NCBI GenBank assembly: GCA_977017575.1 | Contig: CDRNVI010000143.1 | Coordinates: forward strand, 248,001 to 312,000 | Source of the DNA: Paramoeba atlantica | Lineage: Eukaryota; Protista; Discosea | Length of the DNA: 64,000 nt | Reading direction: 5' to 3' | Part shown: piece after piece, positions 1-10,513 of the stretch | How the letters are laid out: every line of letters begins with the position of its first letter | Position numbering within the stretch: the first letter of the stretch is position 1 | Program-made: the position numbers and the translations under genes | The notes under the pieces: model-generated | What the model was told of the DNA's origin: nothing | The model's input: only the letters and a program-made list of their open reading frames with translations | Databases searched by the model: none

Positions 1-1871
1 AGAGAACCTTGCCTCAGTTGGTTGTGATCATCCACACAATGCCTGGTTTGATAGTAAAAGTCAAGAGGCTGAGTATATCACAGGGAGAGTCTTTGGCCTT
101 CAAGCTTGCAATTTCGTGGGCAACCAGTGGGAAAAGAAGTTCCCCAGGTATTAATCATTATAGAAGAGTGATGAACATCTTGGAAAGCCTCCACATAGAA
201 TTTATAACCTCTCAGAGATCCTTTCTTCACTTTCACACATAACCAGGTTCCTTCTCCTTGAGGTGTGCAACAATCTCTTCCCCTGGAATTCCTTTGGGCC
301 AATATCGTTTTTTCTTCACAACTGAAGTACAATACAATCCCTTCTCAAAGAAGTTGAATACAACCTTCCAACACACAAAAACCACTATCCAAAGCAACTA
401 CTCGACCAGTTCCCCAAATTCCCTCAGTCATTCTAAGCATTAAACCAACAGTTTTCGCTCCAGAACCAGATGGAGGTTGAAACTTGGGCAGGCCCATTTC
501 AGAAGGATGGGACTTTCCTTCCACAATTTCAAGAAAGAATATCACTCTAGTCTCCCCACAACCAATTGTATGATATTCATTTCCAAAAGGATGAGGTTCC
601 TTCTGAACAAACATCCAACCAGGAGCCCATTTACAGAACCACACCACCATAGACTCATCCAGACAGACCTGCCAACTTGGAACAAAGATGGTCTTCATCT
701 TCTCGTTAAAAGCAGCAATCAGGGGTTGAATTTCCCACATACGGTCTGTGTAAGAGGGTTTTGCAGAGAGAGGAGCAAGTTTAAGAGAGGAGACAATCAT
801 ATCAAACTGATTTCTACTGATATATTTCCCAAGATAAGGCAGTGTACCACACAAGGAAGATCCAGCTGAATCCTTTGAAATTCGAAAAAAATCCCTTCTT
901 TTATGTCCTGGGTAGAAAGACATAATCTGGCACAAGGCAATAAAATCAAGCATTTCAGCTTCAGTGAAGTTCAAAGAATGGTTAAACTCATTTTTGTTGC
1001 TTTCAGCACATCAGTTTTTAGAAAGGTTAGAGGCAGAACTTGGAGAAAAATATCGAGGGGAGTGGGGACATAAACAGCATCAAAGCGAATTCTTGTACAG
1101 GCCTTGAAGTCTTGTGCTCCTATCACAGCACGAGCATCAGTTGTTGAGGAAGACGACTCAGAAACACAAAGGAAAGATCATTTTCAACGAGTTCTGCTGC
1201 ATTGTCTTCCCCTTCCTCCTCAATATCAGAGCAAGATTCAGTATCTTCATCATCAGTATCAGATGAGCCCAAAACAGGCACAGAGGTTGTTGATGCCTGG
1301 GATGAACCAGAACTTGATCCTCCTGAGCCAGAAGAGGATGATGAAGATGAAGATGGATGAGTTGAAGTCCCACAACCCTCTGAGACATCCGCTTCTCCAA
1401 CAAACTTCAAATTTTCAGGGAGAGCCAGAAGGTAATCATTCTGGAAGACAGGAGAATGAAGCAAAACTACCATCTGAGATTTCCTGTCATAGTTCTGAAG
1501 TTCCACCCTTTTCACCCTGAGTGAAGAGAGAGATGCTCCTTGATATTGGTCACCAAAATGTTTCCTTAGAAGATGAGAAGGGCAAAGGTTCACAGCTTTG
1601 CAGAACCAAATAGTATCCTCCTTCAATTCTTCAATTCTTGGAGAAGTTGATCCAGAACTCATTTTTCTCACCACTGTAACTTTTTTCATTCAGACTTTCT
1701 GAGAAAGGCATTGTGATGAAAATCAAGAAAAAACCTCAAAGAAACACAAAAGAAAGTCAAAAAAAAAAAAAGTTCAAAAATGTGCTTTATTTTGGCCAAC
1801 AAACAGGAGCCTAATTAGGCCCAAAAAGACTAATTAGGCCCCCCTGGAAGGAACCCGATATAATATTGTTA
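1..1871 (-). mobile_element. piggyBac-like DNA transposon, fragmented transposase; runs off the window start
   Basis: ORF 345-974 has DDE_Tnp_1_7-type motifs (VCLDESM, QKEPHPFG, VALDSGF). The upstream frame reads PLPLDIFLQVLP and there is an acidic N-terminal ORF at 1123-1689. The candidate end abuts TTAA at 1868-1871, with two subterminal CTAATTAGGCCC repeats at 1819-1841. Confidence 0.75.
345..974 (-). pseudogene. piggyBac-type DDD transposase core fragment
   Basis: DESM and DSGF catalytic motifs; frameshifted relative to the 78-332 and 1123-1689 pieces. Confidence 0.8.
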
Positions 1872-2178
1872 ACCAAAATAAACCTGATCAAATTGTGCAA
1901 TATCTTGATGTAATAAATGAGGAAATATATATATATTTGTTCTCATTCTCACTTCTAATCTAAGAGAAGGAAAGAAAAGATTGAAGAAGAGATAAAAAAA
2001 AATGAAAAAATTCACTATGTGAGAATTGAACCTGTTAGATGAATAGATGGTTCTTGCCCTTCTCCTTATTCTCCTGAGGTTTGAAAAAGAAGTTTTTCAA
2101 TCCCCCTCCTTTGAAACAAAAATAGAAGACATTATTTGAAAAATAACTTTCTTCAAAAGAACAATGAACCCCCAGAAT

Positions 2179-2229
2179 TTTCATACTCTCTGGATGCTAA
2201 TTTGAAAATTTGTACCCAGAGAGAGTATA
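2179..2229. repeat. ~50-bp stem-loop repeat, copy A
   Basis: TTCATACTCTCTGG...CCAGAGAGAGTATA; reverse orientation of the copies at 5347 and 28447. Confidence 0.7.
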
Positions 2230-4706
2230 AGTCTTCTTGCTTGAGGTCATTTGAGTTTTGCTTGTATTGCCACTGAACAAGGAAAGAACCAAAATAGTCA
2301 CTTCTTCAAAAAAGATCAAAAGAAATGAGTTCTCTGTTCAAAAAAAAAATGTGAAAAAGGAGGTGAAAAGAAAAGATAAAGAAGATAAAAACTAGTAAGA
2401 AAAAGAAAGAAAAAAGAACCTTGTGTCCTTACCTCTCACAGCTTAATAGATGGTCTCCCTGATCCAGTGTCCCCTCAAGGTAAAATGATTCCCATTTCTC
2501 TCAAAGTTCTTGTTTCTCAAAAGACAAAGGGAATGCCAAATCAAAGAAAGGTCCCAACATTGAACTGGGGTGAGTCATAAAATAATTAAAGAAATAATTG
2601 ATATTCTCAAGGATCCACCAGGTCTAATCCTCTTAAATAACATCAAAGAAATAATAGTGTTGTTTGAACAATATCAAAAGAACTATTTAACTTGTTCATA
2701 TAAAACTCCTTACAATCCATTCAATTTGTTTTGCCTTTCTCAATCTTGGGTGTTAATCACAAGCACAAAGTGGAGACATTATCATCACAACAAGACACTC
2801 CCTCAACAGGTATTCAACAAAACCAAATAACCCATAACCCAAATATCCAACCAAGAAACAACCACCTCTAAAAACCACCAACAAATAACAAACAACAAAA
2901 CAATAAAACAACAATCCCCCCACAAACAAGGCACAATACTCCAGGAACAACAAAACACAAAATAAAGAAGAGGGGAAAACCTGGTGTGATAATGAGGAGA
3001 AAACAATAGTGGTGACAACAACTTGCACAGCAGAAAGTGCTTTTGGTGAGAAGGTGGAAAATCAGAAAGGTGCCAAGTGTATTTTTTCTACCCCATCATG
3101 AATTCTCCATTATTGTTTGTGTTAAAAACCACCCACTTCCACTCCCTTCATTCAAAAGGAAAGTCAATCAAAAAATTCAAAATAAAAAACAAAAGGAAAG
3201 GGGAAGGAGGAAAGGGAAAAAAAGAAAAAGAAGGAAAAGAGGGGGAAAAACAAAAGAGATAAGAAAGGGAGAAAAAGGGGAAAGATAAGAAAGAAACAGG
3301 AAGAAAAGAAGAAAAAACCTCTGATTGAAAGCAGATCAATCAAAGAAAAGAACCCTTTTCAATGTAATTCCACTCTTTTCTGATAAGAATGGAAAATGTG
3401 GAACACTTTTGTCTCTGTTCTAAAATAAAAGATTAAACAAAAGAAAAGGAAGGAAGAAAAAAAAAGAAAGAAAAAAAAAAGAGAAAAAACAAAGAAAAAA
3501 GAGAAGAAAAAAAAGAAAGAAAAAAAACAAGAAAAAAAAAGAAAAAAAAAGAAAAAAAAGAACCTCATTTGGTGGGATCTCAAGTCTCCCTGACTCCCTA
3601 ACTCCTCAGCTCCTCTCTCTCTCTCTCTTTCTCTCTCTTACCAAGAATTGAATCATCTTCTGGGACATTCCAATTCTTTGAGGGTCCCAAATCGCTGAAA
3701 AATGTCAAAGAAGAAAAAAGAGTTGTTTGAACAAATCAAAAGGACTTTTTAATTTGTTCATAAAACTCCAAAACATCACCACAAAATCCCTTCAATTGTT
3801 CTGTCTTTCTTGTTTTTTGGTTATATTGTCATCTAACAGAAAAAGAAAAAAGAAAAGAAAGAAAAATTAGTTTTCCAATTAAAAAAAAACAAAGAAAAAC
3901 AAAGAAAAGAAAAAAAACACATCACAAAACACCCAACAAAATAAAGGTTTTTGATCTTAAGAAAAAGAGAACGAAAAAAGAAAGAAAAAGAAAAAGAAAA
4001 AAAGAAAAAAATACATTTGAACAAGATTCGTGAGTTGAGTGGTCATGTGAATGAATTCTTACTGAAATACCTACAAAGAGAAAAGAAAGAAAGAAGAAAG
4101 AAAGAAAAAAGAAAGAAAGAAGAGGGAAAGAAAGAAAAAAAGAAAGAAGAGGGAAAGAAAAGAAATAAAAAAAAAAAAATATTATGAAAGGGAGAGAGAA
4201 GAGAGAGAGAGAGAGAGAGGAGAGGAGAGGGAGAGAAGAAAAAGAGAAAGAGAGAGAAAAGTGAGAGAGAAAAGAGAGAGAGAAAGAAAGAAAAGAAAAA
4301 TAATCATCAGAACAGTATAATTTATCCAAAAAATAATCAGAAGAAAAAAAAGAAAAAAAAGAAAAGAAAAAGAAAAGAAAAACATTTGAAGAAGATCAGA
4401 GGGTCATGCAAAATTAATTCAACAGGCATTGCCCACTGAGATAGTTGTCCGCCAAAAGCCTTTTTTAACAAATAATAGAGAGAAGAGAGAAGAGAGAAGA
4501 GAGAGAGAAAGAAAAAGTGGAAGAGAAAGAGAAAGAGAAGAGGAGAAGAGAGAGAGAGGAGAGAAGGAGAGAAGGAGAGAAGGAGAGAAGGAGAGAAGGA
4601 GAGAAGGAGAGAAGGAGAAAGAGAGAGAAGAATTAAATATGATAAAATTATTAAAAGAATAATAAAAGAAAGAAAAAAAAAAAATAATAAAATAATAAAA
4701 TAATAA

Positions 4707-4737
<31 letters not shown>

Positions 4738-5346
4738 TGAAAATAAAAATAAAAATAAAATAAAAATAAAAATAAAACAAAATAAAAAATAAAAAATAAA
4801 AAAAAAAACATAATTTGGACATGAAGATTTTCAATTTCTAATGGAACAGCCCTCTCAAAGTATTGTCAGAAAGATCACTAGAAAGAGAAGAGAGAGAAGA
4901 GAGAGGGAGAGAAAAGGGGAGAGAGAAAGAGAGAGAAGAATGAAAAAGTTAAAAGAAAAAGAAAAGAAAAAAAAGAAAAAGAAAAAGAAAAAAGAAAAAA
5001 AAAAAAAGAAAAAGAAACAAATAAAACAAGAGAAGAAAGGAAATAGTTGTTTGCCAAAAGCCTTTTTTAACAAATAATAGAAAGAGAGAAGAGAAAGAGA
5101 GAAGAGAGAAGAGAAAGAGAGAAGAGAGAAGAGAGAGAGAAAGAAAAAGCAGAAGAAAAAGAGAAAGAGAAGAGGAGAGAAGGAGAGAAGGAGAAAGAGA
5201 GAGAAGAAGAAGAAGAGAAGCAAAAAAACAGAGGTTGTGTGTTGCTCACCCTCCTCTCCCATTCTCTCTCCCCCCCCCCAAGAACCCCCCCCTCTTGCTC
5301 TTCCATTTTTTGTTTTCCATTGTGATTGTGGGTATTTGTAATTTTG

Positions 5347-5398
5347 TTTCATACTCTCTGGGTTCAAATTTTCAGATTCACATCCAGAGAGTATGAAA
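5347..5398. repeat. ~50-bp stem-loop repeat, copy B
   Basis: Perfect 15-bp inverted repeat TTTCATACTCTCTGG / CCAGAGAGTATGAAA around a 22-nt loop. Confidence 0.8.
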
Positions 5399-6143
5399 AA
5401 TATAAATGAAAAAAATAGAAAAATATTGTCCTCCCAGATGAAATCTTCCGATCTCATGAACAAAAAGGAAAGAAAAGAGAGGAACCAAAAAAAGAATTAC
5501 CCTCAAGAGAGAAAAGACAAAGGGGGAAAACAGCAGTGAGAAAAAAAGAAAAAAAAAACAAGAAAAAAAAAAGGGAAAGACAAAAGAAAGAAAAGAAAAA
5601 AGGAGAAAAAGGAAACCCAAGAAAAGAAAGAAAAAAAAAGGAAAACTCAAAAACAAAAAACAATAAGGAAAACTCAAAAAAACAAAAAACAAAAAAAGGA
5701 GGCAAAGGAAAAGAAAAGGAGAAGGAGGAAAAAACCTCTCTTCTTGATCAGCCAGAACGCTACCACCATCCCTTTTAACCCTCCCCCCTCCCTCCCCCCT
5801 CCCTCCCCCCTCTCCCTTTGCATTCCCCCCTTTTACCCCCTCTCCCCCCATCACCACACCCCACCAATGTGTGAACAGAAAAAGGCAGTTGTTCAAGTCA
5901 GTTTGGAAGCTCCCTCAACTGAGGTCACATTGAGTGGAAAAGGGAATGAAAGAAAGGAAAAAAGAGAGGGAGGAGGAGCTGAAGAGGTCGGAAGAAGAAA
6001 ACTGAGGAGGGTGAAGAGGAGAGAAGAAGAGGAAGAAAAAACAAAAAAAAAAAACAACCAATTATCAAGCCAACAAAGAGCATCTTTTCGCCCTTTCTCT
6101 TTCCCGAAAAATTAAGGGATCTAAATCAGCGGCTCAATGCTTT

Positions 6144-6340
6144 TTTTATGTGTTGGTCATGTTCAATGACCCAAACATGAGAACAAGAATTACATATTAA
6201 GACTGTTTTATTTGGAAGATACCTTCAGTGTGACATTGATGGATTTAAGTATAAATATTGGCACTGAATCAAGTTCATAAAATCTCCAAATAAAACAGCG
6301 TGAAACCATTCAGTATCTTTTTCTCGTGTGTTTCTGAAAT
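6144..6340. repeat. DIRS right (3') ITR plus unique terminal extension
   Basis: 6181-6340 is the reverse complement of 10350-10509. The 6144-6180 extension contains a GGTCAT/ATGACC hairpin. Confidence 0.9.
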
Positions 6341-6374
6341 TTTGAAGTCGTTAGTGGAGAGGTGGGTGGGTGAG

Positions 6375-6457
6375 AATATGTAATTCTTGTTCTCATGTTT
6401 GGGTCATTGAACATGACCAACACATAAAAGAACAAGAATTGCCATATTAAGACTGTT
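6375..6457. repeat. DIRS internal complementary region (ICR)
   Basis: The first half is complementary to 6144-6198 and the second half to about 10481-10513, joined by AAAA. It reproduces the ITR-specific variants (AATTAC vs AATTGCC). Confidence 0.92.
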
Positions 6458-9400
6458 CCGATTCGCGAACATCCTCTGACTCTTCGTCTGAACTCTCATC
6501 ATTGCGTATCCTCTCGAAGACGTCGGCAAAAATATCCTGTTGTATGGACGACTTGTTGTAGTATTTGTTGATAAGAGGTATTGATTTGTGTCCAGTCCTC
6601 TCGATGACCGTGCCAATTGGGATGCCTAGATTCTGCCAAAAGGTGATGGTGGCATGTCTAATGGTTGCTGAGCCGAAGATTCGATCGATTCCAGCATCTC
6701 TCATCAAGTCGCGGGTACATTTCGCTAGCGTGCTAGGTTTGACCTCTTTCGTTCCATTATAATCCAACCAAATACCCTTGGAATTCATTCTTTGGTAGTC
6801 ATTATAATGCAGATTCACGTAAACCCTCAGAGCTCGGAAGGGACAAATGTTTGCAAACTCGTTGGGAAGTTTCTTGACAATCAATGGGCGTGAGAGCTTG
6901 ACTTTTTCTACATGTTTAGTTTTCCATTCGTAGAAACGAAATGATACCGTGTCTTCAGTCCATACAATGGAATCCCGGAAAATATGAGCCACATCCGAAT
7001 TTCGTCCAGCTATAGAAATCCGCAGCAGAACATTTGCCTTGGTGCGAGCAGATATATTGGGTTTGTCAGACCAGAAAACACCGTTCATGTGTTTCATAAG
7101 AATTGAGAGGTCCCACATATCATCGAATTTGGGGGATTTAGGCTTCAATACAGAGGCCCCTTTCGATTGTCTTGAAAAGTGGATTTCTTTCGATAAGTCA
7201 AAACCAGTGTTGAGGTAGATAGTAGTAGATAGGGCAGTTCGAGCAGAGCGAAATTGATCACCCGATCTGGTAAATTTTCGTGCCAAAAAATTGCCAATGT
7301 CCACTTCCGAAAAGGAGGATTTGTGAAGGTGATGCAGATAATCCTTGAATTGGGAACAAACTTTGGATCTATCCTTCCACGTGGTGAGCTTAACTGAACC
7401 AAAGATCATGGCGATGGCCTCCTCAGACCAACCCTCTTCAATCTTCAAGAGTTTTGGATCACTGATATCCTCCAGATTGAAGAGTCGATAGGAGCGTTTT
7501 GAGAGTCTGTGATTGCTCCCTGGGGGATTGTTGATGTGTCGGAAGCTAATTCTGGTATCCACTGGTGCCATCTTCTGGATTGGTCTCTGGGGTACACTAT
7601 GACTGCAAGTTTGCATTCGTCCAGAAATTTTGAGATTGTCCGGAAAAGGAGAATTGGTGGTGGAAACATGTATGGGATCTCGTTGTTCCAAGAATGAAGA
7701 AGGGCATTGGTCCCTAGGGACTGATTGTCTGGGATCTTGGTGTAGAACCTCATCGTCTTTGCTGAAAATCGGGATGCAAATAGATCTATCGATGGGTGAA
7801 TCTGACGCCGAGCCAGCCATTGATCGAGAAACTCCTTGGATAGGGTCAATTCGTCCTTCTCCTTGAGTCTGGAAAGAATGTTGCTTGATTTGATCTCCTC
7901 CTGGGACACAATCCTTGGGATCTGGATGATCTCGTGGATTTCCATGAATTTGACTGTTTCTGCTGCTGATCGAGAGAGTTCTGGAGTCTTTGCATAAACC
8001 TTTCTGATGTAACAAGCCGCAACTACCGAATCGGTTGAGTAGACTGATACTTTCTTTGCAAGATGGAGATGGTATTGGTAAATCTGTAGCGACCATGTGC
8101 GGATTTCCCTCCAATTTGGACTTCTCTGGGCTTCTTCCACTGTCCATAAGCCCGCAATCGCCTCGAACCCTTCGAAACCGTAGCCAATTGGACCCGCGTC
8201 TCCCATTGTTTCTACAAGTGGTCCATTGAAATTCATTGGCATTAAAAGGACGTGATCTCTTTTTCTCCAATGTCGGACTTCCTCTTTGGCTGCATCTGGA
8301 AGGACATAAACTGCACCTCGGCCGTTGGCATTTATTGCGTGATTGTTTGCAATTTGGAGTTCCACCAACCAGGCTACCAGGTGGGTGAATATCTGAGCTG
8401 AGTATCGAACTTTCCCGATCAGAGACGCTACATCGCTGGCCCTTGTCTGACTCAGGTTGATCGTCCTGGCGGCCGTTTGCCAATCTTTCTTTTTCTCTAG
8501 AGGAAGATCGATTTTCATGGTGACTGTGTTCCAAATGAATCCTCGAAACAGGACTGACTTTGTGAGAGAATGACTGCTCTTGTCTTGGTTTATAATAAAA
8601 CCAAGTGTAGCGAGAAGGTCCACCGCCTTTTGAGCCCGCTGGAAGGCAGTCTCCTTGTTGGGGCCCAATAGGAGTACAAAGTCGTCGACCCAATTCACAA
8701 CTCGAATACCGAAGGAGGCTAGTTTGTTCACAACTGGAGCCATTATCCTTGCCATGATCTGCATTGAGTTGACGAACCCGAATGGGAGAGCCCTCCATTG
8801 CCAGAGGACCCCGTCGATGCGAAAGCGGAAGAATTTCCTGTGAGAGCTTTTGATCAAAGTCGCCCAATAGAATTTGGAAAGATCCAGTTTTATCATCCAA
8901 TCGTTTTTCTGAAACTGAGCTCGGACATCCTTCAGGCTTGGCATTTTGAGATTCATCTTCTTGACTAACAGGTTGAGAGTCTTGACATTTGAGCATATCC
9001 TGCCCTTTTTCACTTCGCAAACAAGGTTGTGGATGACCTCGCCAGACTGACCTTGCTTTTCGAGCGGAACTCTTTCTATAGCGTCGTATGAGATGGCCAT
9101 TTCTAACCATTCGAAGTCTTTTTCGTCTGCACCGGCCCAATCCCATTCTCTTGGCTCGGGCTGCATAGTTGGCTGGGCATATAATTGGATTTTCACCCCC
9201 TGCTGGATGGTCTTCAGTATCCACTTGTCTCTTGTTATGCTCGTCCATGCCCCCAGGAAACGCTTCTTTTGAATCCTTCCTGCCTTCAAGAGAGGTGACG
9301 AGAATCTTAGTTGCGGGAGAGCATCCTGGAACCCCTCTGGCCTCGGCCCCTCCCCCGTTGGCCTCGGCCGGGGACCCCCCCCCGACTCTGGTTGTGATCG

Positions 9401-9506
9401 AAAGTAACCGTCTGCTGAAAAGGGGGACTCTGGGTATAGCCAGTTTCGTGGGAGTTGTGTCTTTGTCTGCCATAAGGCTTCCGGTTTCGGCCATTCCCCC
9501 GAGCAC
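6447..9506 (-). CDS. DIRS tyrosine recombinase ORF (YR domain in the C-terminal ~350 aa; long N-terminal part overlaps the RT frame)
   Basis: GRNSD (R), KTK (K), ATIRH (R), GHKS (H) and KYY (Y) motifs; 1019-codon open frame. The true start is uncertain. Confidence 0.85.
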   Translation of the reverse strand: MLGGMAETGSLMADKDTTPTKLAIPRVPLFSRRLLSITTRVGGGSPAEANGGGAEARGVPGCSPATKILVTSLEGRKDSKEAFPGGMDEHNKRQVDTEDHPAGGENPIICPANYAARAKRMGLGRCRRKRLRMVRNGHLIRRYRKSSARKARSVWRGHPQPCLRSEKGQDMLKCQDSQPVSQEDESQNAKPEGCPSSVSEKRLDDKTGSFQILLGDFDQKLSQEILPLSHRRGPLAMEGSPIRVRQLNADHGKDNGSSCEQTSLLRYSSCELGRRLCTPIGPQQGDCLPAGSKGGGPSRYTWFYYKPRQEQSFSHKVSPVSRIHLEHSHHENRSSSREKERLANGRQDDQPESDKGQRCSVSDRESSILSSDIHPPGSLVGGTPNCKQSRNKCQRPRCSLCPSRCSQRGSPTLEKKRSRPFNANEFQWTTCRNNGRRGSNWLRFRRVRGDCGLMDSGRSPEKSKLEGNPHMVATDLPIPSPSCKESISLLNRFGSCGLLHQKGLCKDSRTLSISSRNSQIHGNPRDHPDPKDCVPGGDQIKQHSFQTQGEGRIDPIQGVSRSMAGSASDSPIDRSICIPIFSKDDEVLHQDPRQSVPRDQCPSSFLEQRDPIHVSTTNSPFPDNLKISGRMQTCSHSVPQRPIQKMAPVDTRISFRHINNPPGSNHRLSKRSYRLFNLEDISDPKLLKIEEGWSEEAIAMIFGSVKLTTWKDRSKVCSQFKDYLHHLHKSSFSEVDIGNFLARKFTRSGDQFRSARTALSTTIYLNTGFDLSKEIHFSRQSKGASVLKPKSPKFDDMWDLSILMKHMNGVFWSDKPNISARTKANVLLRISIAGRNSDVAHIFRDSIVWTEDTVSFRFYEWKTKHVEKVKLSRPLIVKKLPNEFANICPFRALRVYVNLHYNDYQRMNSKGIWLDYNGTKEVKPSTLAKCTRDLMRDAGIDRIFGSATIRHATITFWQNLGIPIGTVIERTGHKSIPLINKYYNKSSIQQDIFADVFERIRNDESSDEESEDVRESEQS
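7445..9289 (-). CDS. pol: DIRS reverse transcriptase - RNase H - Dam-like methyltransferase domain
   Basis: RT motifs LDLSKFYW, ALPFG and NWVDD; RNase H motifs GDAG, NWREI and STDS; MT-like SIDLFASRFS and YMFPP. Confidence 0.92.
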   Translation of the reverse strand: MKAGRIQKKRFLGAWTSITRDKWILKTIQQGVKIQLYAQPTMQPEPREWDWAGADEKDFEWLEMAISYDAIERVPLEKQGQSGEVIHNLVCEVKKGRICSNVKTLNLLVKKMNLKMPSLKDVRAQFQKNDWMIKLDLSKFYWATLIKSSHRKFFRFRIDGVLWQWRALPFGFVNSMQIMARIMAPVVNKLASFGIRVVNWVDDFVLLLGPNKETAFQRAQKAVDLLATLGFIINQDKSSHSLTKSVLFRGFIWNTVTMKIDLPLEKKKDWQTAARTINLSQTRASDVASLIGKVRYSAQIFTHLVAWLVELQIANNHAINANGRGAVYVLPDAAKEEVRHWRKRDHVLLMPMNFNGPLVETMGDAGPIGYGFEGFEAIAGLWTVEEAQRSPNWREIRTWSLQIYQYHLHLAKKVSVYSTDSVVAACYIRKVYAKTPELSRSAAETVKFMEIHEIIQIPRIVSQEEIKSSNILSRLKEKDELTLSKEFLDQWLARRQIHPSIDLFASRFSAKTMRFYTKIPDNQSLGTNALLHSWNNEIPYMFPPPILLFRTISKFLDECKLAVIVYPRDQSRRWHQWIPELASDTSTIPQGAITDSQNAPIDSSIWRISVIQNS

Positions 9507-10314
9507 CTCTTTTCGAAAAGGCCGTAACGCCTGTAACTATCGCTTCAGCCAAGGATTTGTTATGATGAAATTCTTCAATCAGTCTTTCCCCTTCAGCATC
9601 AGCGTAAATCTTTTCCTGATGAGTTATCAAATTAGTCTTCATAGCTTTGCGCCCCTGGTTTACAAAAGCAGTATGATGTTTGGACATATTCATCAATAAC
9701 AGTGTAGAGAGACGATTCATCTGGGTTCTGAGCTTCGAAATATCCACTTCACTGCCAGAATCTTCTTCAAACAAAGGTTTGAGCTCGTCAATACAATGGA
9801 GCCAGGTGTTGAAGATTCCTTTGTCGGCCTGCATAGCCACTTTCGCAGCCTCAGCATTAGCCTTCAGTGAAGGGTCAGCTTTCACCAGGTCCCAAGTAGC
9901 CTCTCGCAATACTGGGACTTGGACCCTCGAGAGCGATTTCTTTTCGATAGTAGACTTTTCTGAGTCTGAATACATTACCTCCCAAGGGCCATGTGGGAGG
10001 TCACGTTCGCCACCACCGACCTCGTCAAGAAAAGTGTCGGGGTTAAGCGTCGAAATCGTCTTGCCCCATTTTCGTTCGAAATCAGGGTTGTCTCTCTTTT
10101 CAATAACTTGTATTATTTGAGGTTCTCTTTCCCTCTCTTCTCTCTGTTCGTCTTCTTTCGCTTCTCTCTCTTTTCTCGCGCGAGTTTCTGACTCTTGGGC
10201 GTTTTTCAACTCGGTGATTGTACGGGTAACTTCCAACAGAGAACTTTGTAACTGTTTCATCGATTCCATCTGATCTTGAGATGATTTTCCTCCCTTCTTT
10301 TTAGTTGCTGCCAT
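9307..10314 (-). CDS. gag: DIRS gag-like ORF1
   Basis: ATG at 10314 just inside the left ITR; coiled-coil N-terminus and RGG-rich basic C-terminus; first-ORF position. Confidence 0.8.
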   Translation of the reverse strand: MAATKKKGGKSSQDQMESMKQLQSSLLEVTRTITELKNAQESETRARKEREAKEDEQREEREREPQIIQVIEKRDNPDFERKWGKTISTLNPDTFLDEVGGGERDLPHGPWEVMYSDSEKSTIEKKSLSRVQVPVLREATWDLVKADPSLKANAEAAKVAMQADKGIFNTWLHCIDELKPLFEEDSGSEVDISKLRTQMNRLSTLLLMNMSKHHTAFVNQGRKAMKTNLITHQEKIYADAEGERLIEEFHHNKSLAEAIVTGVTAFSKRGARGNGRNRKPYGRQRHNSHETGYTQSPPFQQTVTFDHNQSRGGVPGRGQRGRGRGQRGSRMLSRN

Positions 10315-10349
10315 CCTGAGAAAAATGTGAGCGAACTCTTCTACAACTT

Positions 10350-10513
10350 TCAGAAACAAGAGAAAGAAAAAGATACTGAATGGTTTCACGCTGTTTTATT
10401 TGGAGATTTTATGAACTTGATTCAGTGCCAATATTTATACTTAAATCCATCAATGTCACACTGAAGGTATCTTCCAAATAAAACAGTCTTAATATGGCAA
10501 TTCTTGTTCTTTT
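10350..10513. repeat. DIRS left (5') ITR
   Basis: Near-perfect inverted copy of 6181-6340. Confidence 0.9.

Larger units (their letters stand above)
6144..10513 (-). mobile_element. Full-length DIRS-1-like tyrosine-recombinase retrotransposon
   Basis: ~160-bp inverted terminal repeats, an internal complementary region, and uninterrupted gag, RT-RNaseH-MT and YR ORFs. No TSD; both ends lie in T runs. Confidence 0.95.

Noticed and set aside
2012-2045. B-box-like GGTTCAATTCTC followed by poly-T on the minus strand
   Set aside because: No T-stem pairing and no cloverleaf.
3037-6115. Many long F/L/S- or K/E/R-rich ORFs (also at 14929-15303, 23400-31000, 41500-43900 and 52400-53400)
   Set aside because: They are translations of purine/pyrimidine low-complexity tracts that lack stop codons by composition, with no domain motifs.
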